A stretch of DNA of 60,939 bases, counting the filler, from Sluysia triapertura (Eukaryota): the NCBI GenBank assembly GCA_046118255.1. It is 5 parts of 5 records of this genome, joined end to end, with 100 filler letters (N's around TTAATTAATTAA, not from the genome) between each part and the next. Parts side by side here need not be neighbours in the genome. Positions count along the whole stretch, not along the records: positions 1 to 14,522 come from JBJNIA010255964.1; positions 14,623 to 26,273 come from JBJNIA010182457.1; 3 more parts are not named here. One strand, given 5' to 3'. Positions 12,830 to 24,474 of the stretch are shown here, piece by piece. The notes beneath the pieces are model-generated. The model had not been told where the DNA came from. It was given only the letters and a program-made list of their open reading frames with translations, and ran no database searches. Each line of letters starts with the position of its first letter. Within the stretch, counting starts at the first letter, position 1. Position numbers and translations under genes: made by a program.

Positions 12830-14522
12830 CTATCTCATTTATGCTTTCGCATTATCAAATCACTTTTAGTTTTACAATCACACATTGTCTTCCATAAATC
12901 ATTAGAAGCTCCTTTGAGAGTTAGACCAACATTAACAACTTTGACAATTAAAATTAAAGGTTAACCTTTAGTGTACGAATGTTATATATTGTTGCGACTT
13001 TGAAATTATTAGTAACAATAAAATAATATCAGATCAATTTATTTAAGAGAATCTCAATAAATTCAACAATCGCTAATTCAACAATCAAATACAAGTTATC
13101 ACAAATTTTCTTACCTTAATAATGATATTTATTCAACCAAAATATTACGTATTTCAATTCAAATTAATAACAATAACTCAATAACACAATAACTAAATTA
13201 AAAAATCAAGTACAAAATCAATTATTTAATAATTACAAATCGTTATTATAAGTTTCTGCATTAACAAGAAAACAAGTGAATTAAATGAAAATGACTAAAT
13301 CTAAAAATTAACAATAATTTTTCACATTATTAAGAACACAATAATCTATCCAAAGAAACCAGAGGTGACGCAGCAAAAATCAAATTATCAATATCAAAAA
13401 AGTTGAAAATAATATCAATACTTAAATAATTTCGGATAATTTTATTCTAACTTAATAGCAGAAAAATTATAAAAAATCATTTTGGCAGGGATCCTCCAAA
13501 AATCACTTTATAAATAAATTAAAAATCAAAATCAAAATAATAATAAAATATTCAACTTAAAGTATTTCAAAATAATTTGGGCAGAGAGTCTCCCAAAAAT
13601 CAATTTTCTTGAAAAATTAATTGAAATTAGAAGTATTTTCCTGCTCAAATAAAAATAAATTAAACGAAATTAAAATAAAATGAACAAAATTACCAACATC
13701 ATGGAAATGAGCAGAACTGTCTGAATTTGAATTATGGCTTTGCATTATTATTGTCTTCTAAAATTTTTAAATTTTTCTTTTTATACTCTCATCATCCAAT
13801 CAATCCTGAGTTTCACAATCAAACTCTCTCACATAAATCATCAAACCTCTTTGAGAATTAGGCGACAATAACAAATTTGACAATTACATATTATGGTCTG
13901 TCAAACTTCGTTATGTACAAAACACAAAAAATTGAATTATTGAAATTTAATATCAAAATTAATATTTAATATTTTGGAGTCAGTTTGTAATTTAATCAAT
14001 TATGAAAAAACAATTTAAATAACTTGTATTAAGATAAAAATTATATAAAACTTACAAAATTTTGTTGTATAATAAAATATAAATGTTACAAAAATTAAAC
14101 ACCTGAGGTAATTATTTTTCCTTAATAAATTTTGAATTAATTTTACTTCAATCTTTTTCTTGAGTATTTAAATCCTCTAAATTTCAATATATTTAAAGAA
14201 TAAATGAAAATTCTAACTTACATTAAAATCCTTCGAAATTTAATTAACAAATACTATTTACCACAAATTTTCTTATTAAATAATAACAAAATTTATTCAG
14301 CACAAAAATTATCTATGAATATTACCTTTTTTAAATTAAATAAAACAACTAAATACTATATTAAATCAAATATATAACAGGAGCAAAAATCAAAAATCAA
14401 ATATAATAATGAGTAAAATGACTAAAAATGATCAGGTCTTTAATAATATTAATTAAATGTCAATATTCACAAAAATTAGGGTCAATAACAATTATATTTA
14501 TGTATTTATTTTAACTTAAAAA
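12830..14522 (-). repeat. Cluster of diverged ~1-kb direct repeats, LTR-like
   Basis: 12860-12950 resembles 13790-13888; 13100-13300 resembles 14264-14430. The middle copy starts TGTAATTGTCA on the minus strand (13888), with ATTGG and TATAAAAAG inside. Confidence 0.45.
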
Positions 14523-14622
14523 NNNNNNNNNNNNNNNNNNNNNNNNNNNNNNNNNNNNNNNNNNNNTTAATTAATTAANNNNNNNNNNNNNNNNNNNNNN
14601 NNNNNNNNNNNNNNNNNNNNNN
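14523..14622. other. Artificial contig spacer
   Basis: N44-TTAATTAATTAA-N44; the 12-mer gives stops in all six frames. Confidence 0.99.
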
Positions 14623-15602
14623 AATTGCTTTAAATTTTTTGACAATTTATAATGGAAACAGCGATCGAATTGCAAAGTGCGAATTGGAAATTGAGAATTA
14701 ACAACTGAGAAGTATAAATCGAAAAATTGTAAATCGAAGATTGTAAAACATGAATTAAGAATTCAAAACTACGTGTTGTGTTGCTGTGAAATATGTTAAA
14801 ATTGTTTAAACTTATATAGTCAATTGAATGACCTTGTGGTTATTTAAACAAAAAAGTAAATATTATAATAGTTTAAACAAAATAATAATGATAATAAAAT
14901 ATTATTTATGACGACGTGACAAATTAATAAACAAATAATTAAAATAAAATTAATCAAAAATAATAAAAATCTTACGTTTAATGTAAAAATTAATATATAT
15001 GTTATTTCCAATTGAAATTTACAAAATATTCAAAATACAATTACAAAATCAAAATATAATTACAAAATATTGATTTTTCAAACTGCAAACATATATTAGT
15101 ACTTTATTCATTAATCTTGTAGTTAAATATAAACGCATATCAAATACAAACCTATATTAGTATTTATGTGTGTACAATTTTATTCATAATCATAACTAAT
15201 CATGACGTCATTTATGTATGTACAAATTTGTTAATCGTGACAGAGAAAAAACTAACAAAAAACTAATAATATGTTCTTATGATAATTCATTTTCAGTAAG
15301 TTATTATTTAATAAAAAATATAATATTATAGTTTTAAATACTATATTATTGTCATTTATTTATTCAAACAAATAAATTATTTAATATTAATTGAAGTAAG
15401 GAAAGTTATTGGAATTGTGGAAGTGTAAAAATAAAGATAAGCTAGTGAATGATTGAATGTGAATCAGTAGGGTTTGTTTGGATCTTGAAAAGATGTTTTA
15501 TTATGTTTGAAATGATTAAGTGAAGTTTTGAATCACGAATAATATTTAGCTTATGGAATAAATTATAAAAATGATGAGTTTATTACTTAACTTCAACAAT
15601 TA

Positions 15603-16975
15603 TAATTTAAATTTATTTATGGGTTCGCCTGTAATCCAGTGATTAATGTCTCCAGGAAGACACGGTTACTGGTAGATGTCAAAATGCTACGAAAAGAGGG
15701 TCCTTATTCAAATGCTTGTTATTCTCCAAATAAATTGTTTTTAAAATAGGGATCTTTTAGTCTCTGCTTAATAGTTTTTTATGGTAATTGTATATATGTA
15801 TTTTCTAATTCTTGTGCAAAAGCTTTAATAAAATAACAAACGAATAAATACCGAAATTTTATTGATTACAAGTTTAAAAGATGAGTACAAATTATTAATA
15901 ATTATAAAATATTGATCCTGAAGTCCTAAGAACTTTAGAAAATTAATATATTTTCGAAGAATGATTTTAAGTCAGGATAAATTCTTAAGTTTAATTAAAA
16001 ATTTTGAGTTGTTTTTGAGTTTAAGTAAAAATTTTGAAACTAATATTATTGTTTAAACTTATTCAAAATTAACTTACGATTTCATAAATGAATAATAAGA
16101 ATGATGGTAAATCTTTTCGTTTCCAATTAAAGCTCACAAATCGTTAAGATACTAATCGTCGAAATACTAATACTTGGAATAATAAATCGTTGAAATGACA
16201 AATCGTCGAAATATGCGAGCGATGACGGATCCTAATCATAATTTTCCTTACATACGAGCGCTATAAAAATGTTTCCTTAAATACCCGTTTCTTCGACTTG
16301 TAAAAATAATAAATTAATAATAAAATAATTCTTACTTTTAATGAAATTGCAAGTTAATCTATCAAAGAATTTATGTTTAACATACTAAATATAAAATTTT
16401 CATAAAATGAATTTATTAATTAAAACATAAAAATTATCATCAATTGAAACGCAAACATAAAATTATCAATTCAATTCTGTCAATCATTTTGAAACATAAT
16501 AAATTGTAAATTATTGAACCATAACTAATCATAAATAATAATAATAAAATTAAAACTTTAAAAATTAAAATAAATTTTTTAAAACTTTGATTTCATTTAC
16601 AAATATTTTAATATTTCGAATTTATTTCTTACAAATTAATCTTTTAAATTTAACTTAATGATTAAACAATTAAATTAATTCATTACTTACAAATTTTATT
16701 TAAAATTTATTCAAAAATTTTAAATTTACAAAAATAAGCCTTACTATTGATTAAAAATTTCCGGCTGCTCAAATCGTTAAAGAAGTTCTTTTTGTTCTAC
16801 AGATTTTTTGATTGTATCTGAATCTAGTAAGTATTTGTACTGGTCAGTGACCAGTGAAATGATAATCCTTCGGAATATTTCAATTCTGGAAAATTATTAT
16901 TTTTTCTTTTTTCGAATATCGCTTAAAATTTAATTAAATTAACTTAATTAAAGCGTTGTTAATGACAACCTAACA
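15603..16975 (-). mobile_element. Solo-LTR-like element, copy A
   Basis: Shares ends and internal blocks with 29363-30893 (GGGT(T/C)CGCCTG, ATGTCAAAATGCTACG, TGACAACCTAACA). Starts TGTTAGGTTGTCA on the minus strand; flanked by AATTA on both sides (15598-15602, 16976-16980). Confidence 0.55.
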
Positions 16976-17437
16976 AATTATATACTTACTCTTTATGTAC
17001 CTAATGTATCTTAATTTTTATAATGATTTCATATAATTAAATGTAAATGTTTTTATGTGCACTGATGGCGATTATTTTAAAACTGTTAAAATGGTGGGAT
17101 ACAGACCTAAAGTGCCACGTATTATGTTGGACTCTAGTGAGTAGAGCATTGAACTGCGCAGTACATTTTACGAAGTCTAACAAAAATACAAATAAAAGGG
17201 AGGATTTAAAGAAAATGAACCCTTATTACACCTAGTAGTTGGTGAATTGATATGAAGAAATATTTGTTAACTTTTATTTGGGTCCATCTTTAAAATATAT
17301 CAGCACTGTACTTTGTATTTTATACTTTGTAATACAATACTGATTCCTCTTCATTTTTTATTGGTGTTGATTGACATTTTAAGCTAGAAAAAAATGAATA
17401 AAACGTAAAATCGCAATTAATTCAAACATTATTTCAG

Positions 17438-17792
17438 ATATTTGCGTTTTGACGATGTTTTCCTTGGAATAGTGCTTCACAAATTATTGATTGTACCTAT
17501 ACATCTTGCCGGAGTGTTTTCTTTTTCACGTGTAAACGAAAAATCAGTCAGTTATCACCAAATGATATCAAGTCACGGCTTCAAATCACCATCTGATATT
17601 ATGAAAACCTGGCTCGAATTACACTGCTCAGATTATTGTCTCAGTACTCCCGATTTACAGATGATGTATCCAGTACATAAAATATTATATGAAAAATCAG
17701 CAATGATAACTAGTGATGATATTTTAGATAATGATGAATATGAACAATTAAACAACATTACTGCATTTACAAATGGTGCATCCAGTTCATAA
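17438..17792 (+). CDS. Brainiac-like beta-1,3-glycosyltransferase (GT31), terminal exon
   Basis: TTTCAG acceptor ending at 17437; YLRFDDVFLGIVLHKL...MISSHGFKSPSDIMKTW matches the brainiac/B3GALT C-terminal motifs RFDDVYLGIV and IASH.F..P......W. Confidence 0.85.
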
Positions 17793-18246
17793 AATATTAT
17801 ATGAAAAATCTGCTGTAATGATAGTTAAGATAATAATAAAACATATTATCAAGAGATAAACTTAAATTATTATCCAACTAATAAATTGCCGAATGAAAAT
17901 AATTGGAATATATTAATATTAATTCCATTTATTGATAATTCGAGATACTTATATTAAATATATGAAAATAATTTTTATCTTTAAACTCGTTACAAATAAT
18001 GAAATTGTTTTTGTTAATATAAACGATGTTTTAATTAAGCTAATTTGTAAAAAGAATTATTTTGATTACATTTATATCAAATTTTATTATATTTTATACT
18101 AACAAATAAATACAAACTGCATTTTAAATAATTTATAAAAGTTCATTAAATTCACAAATAATATTTATCACGTATATCTACTAAATAGGAATTAGAAAAT
18201 GTATTTAAAATTATTTAATTTAATAAACTTTAAAAATCAGAACAGT

Positions 18247-18257
18247 CTAAAATGGCG
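18247..18257 (+). promoter_or_regulatory. YY1-like AAAATGGCG motif upstream of SF3B3
   Basis: Lone GC-containing motif about 200 bp upstream of the ATG; typical near housekeeping transcription starts (inference). Confidence 0.3.
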
Positions 18258-18452
18258 CGTTTGTTATTTGTTTGAATATATTTTATCTCAGAAATTTGAA
18301 TTTTTATTAAAAAAATATATTTGTTATTTATTAAATATTATTTATAATTTTAAAATTAAAATATACTTAAATTTAATTCTACCTCTGATAAGGATTGATA
18401 TACTTATTTCATATGCAAAATTATTTTATGATCTACATATTACAAATTAAAT

Positions 18453-18678
18453 ATGAGGTTGTATAATTTAACATTGCAAAAGAGCACTGGAATAATTAAA
18501 GCTGTGCATGGACATTTTTCGGGCACCAAACAACAAGAAATAGCAGTAGCAAAAGTGAAAACAATAGAATTATTACGAACTGATCAAAGTTCTGGAAAAG
18601 TTCAAACATTAATCTCAACAGAAGTTTTTGGTATTATTAGAGACATTTATGCATTTCATTTAACTGGTAGTACTAAAG
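18453..18678 (+). CDS. SF3B3: Splicing factor 3B subunit 3, coding exon 1
   Basis: MRLYNLTLQKSTGI...FSGTKQQEI...LTGSTK matches the SF3B3 N-terminus; phase-1 donor GTTTGT at 18679. Confidence 0.97.
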
Positions 18679-18716
18679 GTTTGTTTTACCAATTTTTTTA
18701 TAAAATATGACTCTAG

Positions 18717-19994
18717 ATTTGTTGGTTGTTTCTAGTGATAGTGGGCGTATTGTTATTATGGAATATATGCCATCAAAAAATACTTTTGTTAAATTACAAC
18801 AAGAAACTTATGGTAAGAGTAGTTGTCGTCGTATAATACCGGGGCAATATTTGGCTATGGATCCACAGGGTCGAGCCATTATGATTAGTGCAATTGAAAA
18901 ACAAAAAATGGTTTATGTTCTTAATCGTGATTCAGATGCTAATTTAACAATTTCTTCCCCATTGGAAGCATTTACTTCATGCAATTTATCCTTTAATACC
19001 GTTGGAATCGATGTTGGATTTGAAAACCCATTGTTTGCCGTTATTGAGATGGATTATTCTGATGCCGATGCTGATATAACCGGAAAAGCAGCTGAGGAAG
19101 TTCGCAAACATTTGACTTATTATGAATTAGATTTGGGATTAAATAATGTAGTGAGAAAATATACCGAAAAATTAGAAGAGAATGCTAATTTTCTTATATC
19201 TGTACCAGGTGGAAAAGAAGGTCCATCGGGAATTATTATTTGCGCAGAAAACTATATAACTTATAAAAATTTTGGTGATCAACCTGATATTCGCTGTCCA
19301 ATACCACGCCGTAGAAATGATTTAGATGATCCTGATCGTGGAATGATGTTTGTTTGTAGTGCAACCCATACAACAAAGAAAAAAATGTTTTTCTTTTTAG
19401 CTCAAACAGAACAAGGAGATATATTCAAAATTACGTTAGAAGTTGATAATGAAATGGTTCGAGAAATGAGGTTAAAATATTTTGATACAGTACCTGTTGC
19501 TGTCAGTTTGTGTGTTCTTAAAACTGGATTTTTATTTGTAGCTTCTGAATTCGGAAATCATTATTTATATCAGATTACTAATTTGGGTGATAATGATGAT
19601 GAACCTGAATTTTCAAGCAGTATGCCGTTAGATGATGGTGATACGTTTTATTTTGCTCCTAGAGAATTGAAGAATTTGACATTAATTGATGAAATAAATA
19701 GTTTTGCACCTATTACAAGCTGTCAAGTTGCTGATTTAATGAATGAAGATACTCCTCAGTTAGTAGTTGCTTGTGGTCGTAGTTCCAGATCAACATTAAG
19801 ATTATTATCACATGGATTGGAAGTTAGTGTGATGGCAAAATCAGATTTACCCGGTCACCCTAACGCAGTATGGACTGTTAAAAGAACTGCAGATGAAGAA
19901 TATGATTCATATATTGTTGTTTCTTTCGCCAATGCTACCTTAGTTTTGTCAATTGGTGAAACTGTTGAAGAAGTAACTGATAGTGGCTTTTTGG
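18717..19994 (+). CDS. SF3B3: SF3B3 coding exon 2
   Basis: Follows a 38-nt intron (18679-18716). SDSGRIV, YELDLGLN.VVRKY, PIPRRRNDLDDP, GETVEEVTDSGFL; phase-1 donor GTTAGA at 19995. Confidence 0.98.
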
Positions 19995-21876
19995 GTTAGA
20001 TTTAATTTTATATTTAATTTATGGTTGCATTTTCGAACTTTAAAAGACAATTATTTTTGTAAATATTTTCGTACGTCATTTGAGTGAAACTTAGTTTCAA
20101 TTTAATGACAATTTTTTATTGAAATATTGATTACATTGTTAAAAATTTGGTATCAAAGCGTACAAAGTAATTTTGAATTATTACGCAATCTCTTACAAGG
20201 TGCTAAATATACTTACAAATTCATAAAGCAATTATACATGTGTCTAGAGATGTTATGCTACTTGGCATTCTGCTATTTTTTTAGCTGTTAATTAAAAATA
20301 ACTTTAGCAGACATTGCTATCACAATCGCGAAATAACAGCTATTAAATAACAGAGACGTGTTGAAAAAAATTAAAAAGCTTGTGCACGCCTGAACTAATG
20401 TACAGCATATGTCTGTTCTGGATACAATGAGTCTAGTGAAGTTTTTATCATTCCATTCATATGATCTTAAATTTAACATGAAAACGCAAAAGAAATTCAT
20501 TTGCAGAACTCAGGCTGTATAAATCAAAACCCTTGCAACGTTGTTTAAAGCTCTTGTATATCAAGCTTAATGCAAATTTTTATTTAACTATCATTGATCC
20601 AACAATTTGACGAAAATTAATGTATAAGATTGTACTTATACGTTACACAAATAAAAGTGATGGTCTTTTCCCTAAGGTAAATTTTTTAAGCATTTTATTA
20701 AAATAATTTTAAAAAAATTTTTACAAACTTAATAAATCTAAGAAAATTGGACTGGAGAAAGAAAAATGATAACATTACTGATGAATTAAAATTGACTAAC
20801 AAAAGATCTGACTAACATTAGTGATTGTTAAACAATAAAATCTAAAATTTTGCCAAAACTTCATAACCTTAAAATATTAAATCATAACTTTACAAGAATA
20901 ACAGTAGTATAACGAAACAAATACATTCTAACTCATTAACATATATTTCCTATCATTATCACTTACCTCAACAGTTGCATTTCAAAACTTCTCAACAATA
21001 CAAAAAGCAGCAAAACTATTAAACATTATCACACCACAAACAATATAATAATTAATCAATGTTCACATCGGTTAAAACTTTCTGAAATTACTTCGAACTT
21101 AACTATTTCATATTTTAATGTAGTTATGTTTTGGTAATATAATTTCGAAACCCAAAATTAGAATTAGCCATTTAACTACAATATTTTATTTCTGCTTTTT
21201 GTATTTTTTAAATCTTAATTAGAACAAAATAAAGCTTGCGAGAAATGGGTAACTACGGAGCAAGTGTAGTGAGCACAAAATTAAAGCACTCTAGTCATCA
21301 ATTTTAGGTAAACATCAACTCGGGCTAACATTTATAAATAAAATCCTAAACAAGCTTCAATGCAGTCTAACACAATGTGATGGCCAACTTCGCACAAAAT
21401 TTTAATGCACCACAATACACTATAGATTATACTTTTACAACATCTAAACCATTCATAACACCAAAAATCATTAAATTTGCATTTTAAATCTCAAAGTAAT
21501 TTAAACGGAATTTCTTTTTGCATCTCCAACTTCATTAATTTTCTATAATAACTCTATTTCATATTTCTTTTACATGAATATAACGTACAATTTTCTTTTA
21601 GCAAACATTTTATAGCGTATCTGAACAAGCCTTTTATATTTTCAAGAATTTTTAAGAAATGTTTAAGTAAAAGAAAAAATGAAGGAAATGTATGCATTTT
21701 TGTTTTTGTATTAATGTTTATTATTATTATTACCACTATCTATCATACTGTCAGTTGTGACAGTTTTTAATTAATAGATTTATTATATCGGTAAAATAAA
21801 TTGATTGGCATTTGCATTGTTATCACGGCATAATTGTTTGATTGTTGAAATCCTTTTAACTTATAATCTATCTTTC

Positions 21877-21941
<65 letters not shown>
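21877..21941. repeat. (TAT)n microsatellite in SF3B3 intron
   Basis: Directly visible. Confidence 0.95.
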
Positions 21942-21942
<1 letters not shown>

Positions 21943-22031
21943 GTTTTTATAGTTATTATATTTTGTTACCAATGTTTGATTTATAAAGCACAGTTTGTAC
22001 ATCAAATGTAAGATAAAATGAAATCATTTAG

Positions 22032-22267
22032 GTACTACATCAACTCTAATGTGCGGTCAGCTTGGGGAAGATGCGTTAGTTCAAGTTTATCCAGATGGAA
22101 TTCGACATATTCGTCCAGATAGACGTGTACACGTGTGGCGTGCTCCTGTCAAAAAATCGATAGTTAAATGTGCATTGAATCGGCGTCAAGTAGTAATTGC
22201 ACTTAATGGCAATGAACTGGTTTATTTTGAACTAGATTCAACTTCAGGACAATTAAATGAGTTTCAA
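22032..22267 (+). CDS. SF3B3: SF3B3 coding exon 3 (gene continues beyond the contig)
   Basis: TTTAG acceptor ending at 22031; GTTSTLMCGQLGEDALVQVYPDGIRHIR...GQLNEFQ; donor GTAAAT at 22268. No ERKEM-like next exon recognised before the gap. Confidence 0.96.
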
Positions 22268-24442
22268 GTAAATATTTTGAATTTAATATTCAACAAATCT
22301 TAATTTAAATTTCATTGATTCTTTTTTTCTATTGTTATTTATTTAATATTTAATTTAATATACATCATTTGAGAACTCTTCAACATTCTTACTTTTGATT
22401 TAAGAATTTTCTTATTCTAATATTGGATTTCGTCTTTTCAGTGACATGTTTTATTGGAAATTAGAAACTAATTTCGAATTGTGACGCTCTGTTATTTTAA
22501 TCTTTATAATTTAGAACTTATTGATAAGTTAATAAATAAGTTGTAGTATTTGTAATTATTGAAAATCAGTTGGAGAGATCCAAGAAAACACTGGTGAATA
22601 ATTAATTAGTCTAAATGTTTATAAAAAGCTAAATTTACTAAGGTATGTACTAAATAGCAATTTTACAGTCTATATCAAATTTCGAGAACAATTAGTGAAT
22701 TTTAATTAACGAAACACCAATCCAGATATTTATAGAAATTAAAATCTTAACGGCATCATTGTAATGTAATTTTAACAGACTGCTGCTTGAGAAAAAATGG
22801 GGAACATTTATCATTTGGTAATAACTAACAGATATCTTCAAATGGTGTCAGTGATACTATTTAAATAATGTCACCTAAAATTGCAGAAAATTACAATATT
22901 ATTCGATGCCTTCATTTTTCGAATAAAAAAAATTTATCTTAGTACTAGGTATTTGGTAAATATTTCGATATTTTCCTTGTTGAAATTGTGGATACTTATG
23001 CCAATTTTGATCAGCCTGGATAAGAAAGACATAAGTACAGTGCCCGTTGAAAAAGTTCTTAACCCAATTGTTTGCAAATTTTACATCTGTAAAAATAATG
23101 CTTAACAATTATAATTTGCATAATATTTTGTAAAAAATCTATTTTATAATTGTTAAGTATGTTAATGTAAAATTTGTCTTGACTTCTAAATCTTTAAAAT
23201 CTTGTGCCTTGTCTCTTTAATTTTATTTTATTAAGTCTTTATCAAATTTAACTATGGACACTACGTTATACTCTTGTTCCTTACTATTAATTCAAATTTC
23301 TTTGTAAAATTTATACTTATTCTGAGCTTCTCAATTAATATTATCACTTTATATTAAACTTAGCTGGAGGTATGAATCAGTATACTCGTCCTTGCTGTTC
23401 AGGATAGAAGTGCTTAATAATTTATACGATTAAGTTTTAATCAATATTCAACTGTAATATAGATATTTAAATTTTAATTCAATAATAATTGTTTGGTTCT
23501 GTGTTTATTATTACAACTTATTATTATGTCTTCACTGATACACCTTACATATATTTCTTATTTCCTTTTTAGGGGCGCACTCTCAATTTTAGTCGAGATA
23601 AGAATAAAAGAAAAAAGACTAAATTGTTTATTTATAAATTATTACAAATAAAATTATTAAATAAATGTAAAACGCAAAATTTTGTAAAATTAATTTTAAA
23701 TTGAATGAAATAAAATGCAAGACAATCAATACCATTTACTTACAGTAACTGGAATAATTGGCCGGATAAACGACTTAAATCTTCGAAATTCACAATTTTA
23801 ATCTTGTAATCTGTGTTTTGTAAGTAAGAGTCATTTTTATAATAATTCCAAATCGATTGAATCAATTAAATTAAACTAATACAGTAAAAAATAAATGCAT
23901 TGTACATTAACAATAATAATTAAATCAATTATTTCATATACATATTGGCAGTCATTTAATTAATACAATATGTGTAGTAATAATAATTAAATCAAATATG
24001 TAATTAAATACAGTAATACAATAATAAAATCAATAATATAGTAATAATAATAATAATAAAATCAATAACGTGATAATAATAATAATAGTAATATTATCAA
24101 TAAATGATGCTGATTGCCCTTAATTAAAAATAATTTTACTTTTACAATGAATGAGAAATATTGTTACAGATTATTATGTAAATTTAAATGAATATTGTTA
24201 TAATTTAAATGATGTTATGCTTATACCTGCCTACATAATCATAAATCAAAAAAATTAACGTATACAAAAGTGGTTGATTTTAAAATTTAATAATTTATGT
24301 CCTAGGATATTCAACTTCAAAATTGGTCTAAAAATAATGCACTTAAATTACAAATAAATGTGCTATTGCATAAATTTGCAGAACCGCAAAACTTGTAAAT
24401 GTTACTTATTGTCAAAGGGATACTAAGAAGTTTTTATAAAAC

Positions 24443-24474
24443 AGGCGTGGGTTCAAATCTCACTCCTGACACCA
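24443..24474 (+). pseudogene. tRNA-Leu 3' fragment with encoded CCA (PBS-like on the minus strand)
   Basis: AGGCGTGGGTTCAAATCTCACTCCTGACA-CCA matches the T-arm and acceptor 3' strand of eukaryotic tRNA-Leu(CAG/CAA). No intact 5' half. Confidence 0.75.

Noticed and set aside
18199-18450. 83-aa ORF just upstream of SF3B3
   Set aside because: F/I/L/K/N/Y composition typical of AT-rich non-coding DNA.
20148-20159. TGGTATCAAAGC resembling a tRNA-iMet primer-binding site
   Set aside because: This is the plant-type PBS; there is no LTR end before it and no gag after it.
20766-20811. Possible C/D snoRNA in an SF3B3 intron
   Set aside because: Too short, imperfect C box, no terminal stem.
21805-22011. 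Poly-tyrosine ORF (similarly 45321-45602, 5267-5491, 36693-36941)
   Set aside because: Translations of trinucleotide microsatellites.
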